Below, one piece after another: positions 57,398 through 64,000 of a stretch of 64,000 nt of DNA (position 1 is its first letter; each line of letters begins with the position of its first letter). This DNA is from Histomonas meleagridis 2922-C6/04-290x. Its lineage: Eukaryota; Protista; Parabasalia. Location of the stretch: positions 23,310-87,309 of the forward strand of contig JAANOX010000193.1 in assembly GCA_020184695.1 (NCBI GenBank). The letters run 5' to 3'. The position numbers were made by a program, and so were the translations under genes. The notes under the pieces are model-generated. The model did not search any database, was not told the DNA's origin, and worked only from the letters and a program-made list of their open reading frames with translations.

Positions 57398-57877
57398 ATG
57401 GGATTAGGTCGTATATTCGGTGGAATAAGAAAATTTATTCAAGGTGCAGGACGACTTGTAAGAAAAGTTATTGATAAAGGAAAGAGAATTTACGGTAAGG
57501 TCTCGCCAATAATCAGTCGAGGAATTGAATTTGGTAAAAAGATTCCAGGAATAATTGATACAGTAAGAAAGCGTAAAGGAGATATAACAGATAAAATAGA
57601 TAAAATAGTTGATGCCGTACCTGACGGTAAGATTAAAGACAAAATAAGACAAGCAGTTGAAAAAGGCAAAGAAGTAGCCGATAGAGTAATCGATACAGGT
57701 CAAAAGATTTCGGATAAAACTCAACCTTGGATTCAAGCAGGAGGAAAAATTTATGGTCAGTTAACAAAACCAAAATATACCGGTGATGTGATACTTGGAG
57801 GAAGAAGATATGGTGCCGGTCAACCTCGACCCGCAGTGATGCCTTATGCTCCGGGAGATACTAAGTTTGCATCTTAA
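57398..57877 (+). CDS. Basic protein with N-terminal amphipathic helix (candidate virion or membrane-active protein)
   Basis: Intact 159 aa ORF beginning MGLGRIFGGIRKFIQGAGRLVRKVIDKGKRIYGKV. Confidence 0.55.
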   Translation: MGLGRIFGGIRKFIQGAGRLVRKVIDKGKRIYGKVSPIISRGIEFGKKIPGIIDTVRKRKGDITDKIDKIVDAVPDGKIKDKIRQAVEKGKEVADRVIDTGQKISDKTQPWIQAGGKIYGQLTKPKYTGDVILGGRRYGAGQPRPAVMPYAPGDTKFAS

Positions 57878-57913
57878 AATAAAATGAATTTTTCATTTTT
57901 TTATATTTAATAA

Positions 57914-58539
57914 ATGACTGATACAGAGAATGAAGTTTTGAGTCACGAAACTGAAACAGAAATTGTTTTGGGAGAGGAAACCGAAAATGTTGATGAAGAA
58001 AAAACATCTGATGTTAAGATAACAAAGAAAGCAGTCTCGCCGAGGCTCGATCCTTCCAAAAGGTCGGTAAAAGATTTAACACAAGAAGAAAAAAAAATTA
58101 TAATTGCTAATGCTAGGAATTGAAAATGAATTCTTTGACGTCAAATTTTTCAAGAACGGTAACGCTAGAGTTATAGCAAAGAAATCAAAAACTCCAACGG
58201 TAAGTCAAAAAGTAATTAAAAACAACAACGACGGTAAAGTTTATTTATCAAACGACCAATTATTAATGGAGCATATAATTGAATTAAATTCAAGATTAGA
58301 TAAATTAACAGGTAAGCATAAAAAGCTTAAGAAGAAATACAGAAGTTTAAAGAATGACATTTATATTGACTCAGAAGAAATTCCAACAGTTGAACAAACA
58401 AAAGAATGAAAAACAAAATGAAGAACAAGAACAAAAGGAAGTTATATTTTCGTCCGAAGCTCAAGTTTCTGAACCTCAAGAACAAATTTATAACGTGCCG
58501 GTACAACGCGGATGGAGAGCAAGAGTTCAATATTTATAA
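57914..58539 (+). pseudogene. Maverick hypothetical protein, frameshifted
   Basis: Overlapping ORFs 57914-58123, 58104-58409 and 58354-58539. Confidence 0.5.
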
Positions 58540-58562
58540 ATCAATATTTTTATTTTTATAAA

Positions 58563-60061
58563 ATGACAAAGAAAGCAGTCAAACGTAGAATTAGAAAAAC
58601 AAAGAAAAATGTTAAACGTGGATTAAGGCATCGACTAATTACTCAAGCACCAACAATTAACCCAAACGCTAGTGTTAGATCAAATATTCTTCCCTTACCG
58701 CAAAATCAAAATAGTAGTTCTGCTAGGTCACAAATGATGGCAAATTTACAAAATCCATTTCTTCCTGTTGCTTTATCACAAACGCCACAAAACGTAAATC
58801 TTGACGCAATACATAATATGAGAAATCAAAACGATGTTCGTCAACAACAAATTATGATACGCGAAGAGAGAAACAAGATGAATAGCAAGAGAATTTGATG
58901 AACAAGAGAGCAGAAAAGCGAAAATACAGAAAGCTATTTGAGGCAAAGTATAACGAAGAAAAAGCAAAAACGTGAAATGGCAGAAAGAGAGATTGAACGT
59001 CGGCATGAATTAGCAAACGAAAGCTCGACAAGAAACTGAACGTTACGCAAAAGCTTTTGCAGAACTTAAAAGATCAAAACGCAACAATTCAAGCTCAATT
59101 AGCTGAAGCAAAAATGCTTACTATTGAACGCCAACATGAAATAGAAGCTAATGAACAAATGCGAATTAAAAATAGCTTGCAACGTGAGTTAGAATAACAG
59201 CATTAACTCCGGAGCAATATCAGGCGTTAGATAGTCAGTACATAACAAGCATTAATGGTTTGTATCAACAACAACTTGCTGAAGAAGAAAAACAACGACC
59301 TGGATTAAGAGCAAGAGCAAGATTTGAAAGATTGAAAGAAGCGGAAATTGAGCAACAACGAAAAACAGTAGATGAAGAAATTAAAGCACAAGAATTAGGA
59401 GCATATCAAACAGCCGTAGGACCAAAACCAGAAATAAGCAAGACGCACAAAGAATCGATTGTTAAGAACGCTAAGAAAAAAGTTCAAACGAAGGAACGTG
59501 AAAAAGAAATCAAAAGAAGAGAGGAATTACAAGCAACCGAAGAAAATAAAATAGCTCTTGATGCTGAATTAGAATATTTAAATTCTGCCGAACATAAAGC
59601 ACAAATACAGAAAAATACAAATTTGAAAATAGCAACGTTACAAAATCAAAGAAGAGCTCAAGATGTTGAGTTAGCGAATGAGTATAAAAAAAGCAATGGA
59701 AAGTCAAGCACAAATTGAAATACAACAACAATTGTTTAGCGGTAAGCTATCACCGACAAGAAAATTAGCAATCACAAATCAATTACAATCAGATATTGCA
59801 CAACAAGTTGTAAATCAAAATAATCAAAGAATACAACTTGAATATAATATTGATGCTTTGATTAATTCAATTGGAGATGATAGATTTAATCAATTTTTAG
59901 CAGAAAATCAACATAAATATGCTGGATTTACTAGAACAAATAAGAGTCAATTAGCACCTGATTTACTACTTCAATTTTATAATGATTTAAGAACTTTTTC
60001 TAATAGAAGATTGTTACCATTAACAAATACAGTAACGATTGAAGACTTAGATTCTAATTGA
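58563..60061 (+). pseudogene. Maverick long coiled-coil protein with basic N-terminus, multiply frameshifted
   Basis: MTKKAVKRRIRKTKK.. followed by Q/E/K/R-rich fragments in several frames. Confidence 0.55.
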
Positions 60062-60087
60062 TGTTTTGATTTTTTTATCACTATAAA

Positions 60088-61180
60088 ATGTTTGCACCAC
60101 AAAATCAACAACCAAATGTTATTGATGCAATGACTGGAAACCTTCAAGATTGGTCTAATGACCTTGATGAAGCTGTTAAAGCTTCTGTCATCATTCTGGG
60201 AAATTATGAATCACACGACAGCTACTTCTTACGACAATGTTGGAGACATAAACGAGGGACACAACATACGTTGACATTTTCACGGATAGATTTAAGATTA
60301 TTGGTTTAGATAATTCATATATTACTTTAGAACAAGAAGTACCAATTACCGTTCCGTCACAATCAAATCTTTTGTTTAAAGAATATTATGTCGGTTATAA
60401 ATGTTCATGCGATGCTATAGACCAATACAGAATTTATTCAAACACAGATAAAATTCAAGACGTTCATAACGCGAGGTATGAGTGGTTCATGCTTTCTAAT
60501 TCATTATCTGATGAAGCTAAAGCCGGTAATGCACTTGCTGCAAAATATATTCAAGTTCCGATGCTGTTTCCGATTCACGTTTGCCAAATAAGAGATTTCA
60601 CTCAACCGCTCGGAGATAATTTAACAGCCGCACCAACATCATTTAATACTGCTGCTACAATCGGATTAAAACACTGCGATACAATGTTTACAGTATTCAG
60701 AGAATCACAATATTCACGAACATGCTTCTTAAATCCTCAAATAAGATATAGTTTTAATATTGACGGTAAAATTTATCCAAGAGAAGCATACGAAACAGTT
60801 GATGATCCAAGAAATCTTAATATGCTTCTTGATGCAGTAAATCTTAATGGAAGCTTGCTGAGTTCTTTGTCAAAAGATATTAAAACTTCTGTTCAACCGT
60901 ATTACTTCAAGAATACTTATAATAATACTGGCGTTAATACCCAAACACGAGTGTGGCACGGTAAAGATAACAGTAATTTCTTCATTGGATTACCATTTGC
61001 TTAGGGAGAAGATTTTATGGGTGGAATATCAACAACTGGGACGGTACAGATTGAATTATTTGGCGATCGTTTGGCAAATACCGCAATGATGAAATCTAAA
61101 AGCTTTATCGCGACCGACTGAATTTATTTTGAAGATGCACTGTTGAAAGTTCTAGCAATGAAGCCTGACGGTAGAAGTCA
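60088..61180 (+). pseudogene. Candidate major capsid protein, fragmented
   Basis: About 1.1 kb beta-rich coding region with YIQVPMLFPIH and YSFNIDGKIYPRE, lying among Maverick structural-like genes; inference only. Confidence 0.4.
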
Positions 61181-61263
61181 GTGAAAGTACCGCGACGCAT
61201 CAATCGAGCAGATAATTGCCGGAGGAGCAAGATAAAAATATTATTGATTTATAAAATATTGTT

Positions 61264-61295
61264 TCGCTCCGAAGGAGCTCAGGCTCAGAGAGCCG
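61264..61295. terminator. Tandem GC-rich hairpins between convergent Maverick genes (putative)
   Basis: GCTCC-GAA-GGAGC followed by GGCTC-AGA-GAGCC. Confidence 0.35.
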
Positions 61296-61663
61296 TTCCG
61301 AATCTTAAGATTTTTTTATTTTTGTCAAAATTATTTGGTAATTCGTCTTCACCTTCAGCAACTGTAATTTCACAATTGCCTGGATTCCACATTAATATGA
61401 ATCTTCCTTTTGCTGTATTTGGCATTGGCTCGTAAATCTTAACATTAATTCCACAATAGACATTATAATGATTCCAAACCGAAGCGTTTCGCTCTTTTAA
61501 ACATTTCAGGACGTACAGCAATTACATATTTATATATTACGCAATCATTAATATAGAAATAAATATTTTCTATAAACGGTAATTGTTTTGTTGTTATCTT
61601 TTTATTTAATTTTAGATGTTTGATATAATCGAAAATATTTAAAGGAATCAAAGATTCTTCCAT
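61285..61663 (-). pseudogene. Maverick hypothetical protein, frameshifted
   Basis: Overlapping ORFs 61463-61663 and 61285-61521. Confidence 0.45.
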
Positions 61664-61700
61664 TTAATAACAGTAAAAATAATTTTTTATCACTTAAAAA

Positions 61701-62109
61701 ATGTCAGTTCCTAAAAGTAATGTTTTATCTTGCAATCGAGGATTTCTTGCAAGAGTCGGAACAAATTTAAATTCTCCGAAACAAAGTCAAAGTCAAAACG
61801 TTAATGTTGTGGTAAAAGGAGTATCAAATCCTTATGAAAATGTAGCGGTTTATCCTAATGTTAATGCAACAGAAAATAATCCTGATGTCAAAGAACAAAG
61901 ATTTATTAATCCAAGCGTTAGTGTTATGTTTAGATATTGTAGAAAATAATCCTTTAATAGTTAATAAATATGTAATTACCGAGGAAGAAGAGTTAGTTAA
62001 ACTTGTAAAATTAATATGTGATACCCAAGAAGTTGAGTTAGTGAAGCGTGCCGACGCCGGATGTTGCAAAAGCTTCAACGTTAGATTATGTATCAAAAAA
62101 TATATGTAA
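61701..62109 (+). pseudogene. Maverick hypothetical protein, frameshifted
   Basis: Overlapping ORFs 61701-61949 and 61858-62109. Confidence 0.5.
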
Positions 62110-62228
62110 AGAGACGGTAATACTTATAATTTGAAATATAATTACTCTGACGTCTGTGAATTCTTAAGCGAAAGAAAAATATCAACAAAATTTGTTAAGT
62201 CATCAGGAAAAATAAGTTATAAATAAAT

Positions 62229-62790
62229 TCAGTCGAAACCATAAATTCTTTTGAATTTTGCATAATAAATCTGAACTTGTTTATTATTAATATCGCGTGC
62301 ATAAACTAAAGCATAACCGCGCTTATCATAGCAAATGTTCAATTTTCTGAACTGCAAACCGTTCCAAAAGTAAAACGAATCTGTTTCATTGTCATAGTAA
62401 TAATCCTCAAATAGATAATTGTTATACTCAACTTCACTGAATCTTCGTTAATTTCATCAAAATATTCATAATCTTTTCCAAGGTATGATGATTTATTTGA
62501 ATTATTTTCTTATGAAGAAACCCAGCGGAGTTATTAATGCGAAAATCTGTTCTGTCATGATTAATATGATCTATAAAAGGTTTATTTTCAGGATTTGGTA
62601 TAAATTGTTCTGCTATTATTCTATGTTTAAGATATTTTCTGCCGTTTAAGCGACATTGAACGTATCCGCCTCGTGTTTCATCGACATGTTCGCAATGATT
62701 CTTTTTATTTGATTTTCTTCTCTATTTGAAACGGAAAATTCTGTGAATATTTGATAATCAGACATCTGCAACACAATCAATCCAACTCAT
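62229..62790 (-). pseudogene. HNH endonuclease (HNH_3-like), broken
   Basis: GYVQCRLNGRKYLKHRIIAEQFIPNPENKPFIDHINHDRTDFRINN, then a frameshift to LRWVS. Confidence 0.85.
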
Positions 62791-62904
62791 TCTATTTTTA
62801 TAGAAAATAAAAATAAATAAAATTAGCTTTAATATTTTGCAAAATCAGATGAAAAATAAATGAGTTCATGCTTATTAACTTCTTTATTGGATCACTTGAA
62901 TTTT

Positions 62905-64000
62905 CACAGTATTGTTTTATTTTTGGCGTGCAGTGATAGTAATAACTTCCGTCTTCATGCTTACCGATAAAATTTTCGGGAGATTTAAAAAGACACTTCA
63001 GTGAAACACGTGCTCAATCTTGAACTTACCGAGTTCATTACCAATAACTCCTTTATCTTTTAGTAATTTAAAATCTTCCTCCGACACTAACGCAGAATCA
63101 ACCTTTGAGTAATAAACTTTCACAAGATCTTTTATAAGATTCATTTTTTCATTAAAATTATCTAATACACTTTTTGCAAATTGTGGATAAGTGAAACATT
63201 CGACATAAGGATTAATTGTATCAACAAACCCTGAAATTCCGTCTGTGTTATAAGTGTATTTTAATACATAAGGCGCGAATTCATCAATATACTTATTAAC
63301 GTCATTCACAAATTTATGTTTTATTACTTTTGGTTTTTGAATCGAAAATCCCCAGCAGCTGTTCATCAAGAATTTCAGCGTGATTGATAATTTCTCTTTT
63401 CCGGATAATTTGGCTTGCAACTTTGTTGGAATTAATCGATAGAGGTGTTTTATTAGTAACAAATATTTTTCTATAAGTGTTAAAAGATTTATTTTTTGAT
63501 TTCTTATATCTCCATGAAAGTTTATTTATTGTTTGTTGATTCATTGGCATTAAAGTTTATGTTGTAATACATTAAATAAATCAGGCTACCTATACCCGAC
63601 ATTTTTAGAAAAGTGAGTATCTTTTTGTCGTCAAAACTTTAATAGCATCATTTTTCTGCATTAGTGATTTTTAAATCTCTGAATCAAGCATTTATTTTAT
63701 CCTTAATTCTGTATATCTTATTCTGAAACCCACTAACTTTGGGCTCAGCATATAATGGTCTTCGATTAATTATTAATTTTGATCTCTCCGTTGTAATTCT
63801 CGCCCACCTACACGCGTGTATGTTTGGTTTCTGGATAAAATATTTTGACTTCAATTTTGATTTTCAATAAATCAGAAATTCTCTTTAACTCACTTCTTGG
63901 AACAGTTCGCGTTTGAATAAAGCTCTTCAGTAATTCTAACTCTTCATCTTTCAATACTTCCGAAGCAATAAATGCTAGAATTAAACATGATTCATTTATA
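62905..64000 (-). pseudogene. Protein-primed family B DNA polymerase, fragmented and 5' partial
   Basis: Motif B LKFLMNSCWGFSIQK; motif C-like YSKVDS; GNELGKFKIEH. Attributing 63550-64000 to the polymerase is tentative. Confidence 0.75.

Larger units (their letters stand above)
54273..64000. mobile_element. Decayed Maverick/Polinton (continues beyond the window)
   Basis: Retroviral-like integrase, protein-primed PolB fragments, HNH nuclease, candidate virion genes and dense small ORFs. The left end is inferred from the (AC)7 run at 54273. Confidence 0.85.

Overview
Very AT-rich eukaryotic DNA that looks like a parabasalid (Trichomonas/Tritrichomonas-like) genome, judged by DUF3447-ankyrin paralogues, a BspA-like LRR surface protein, near absence of recognisable GT-AG introns and a Maverick/Polinton. 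From 1 to 21.8 kb is an intact housekeeping block: a BEACH-family-like ORF missed by the ORF track, IleRS, a beta-propeller, a RhoGEF-kelch protein, an AZUL-HECT E3, Sec8 and a USP. From 22 to 54 kb is accessory sequence: five DUF3447-ankyrin loci, a GNAT-methyltransferase fusion, a membrane-anchored IdeS/Mac-1-like protease, BspA, two mariner relics and a pogo-like relic. From about 54.3 kb to the end is a decayed Maverick/Polinton. The standout observation is in the ankyrin genes: stop-free 30-codon ankyrin modules are separated, at the same position of every repeat, by about 90% AT spacers. Of 27 spacers, 20 are exactly 80 nt; they break the frame, often contain stops and lack conserved GT-AG ends. 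This points to an undescribed processing or cassette system, but the mechanism cannot be determined from sequence alone. Family calls are by motif recognition, not database search.
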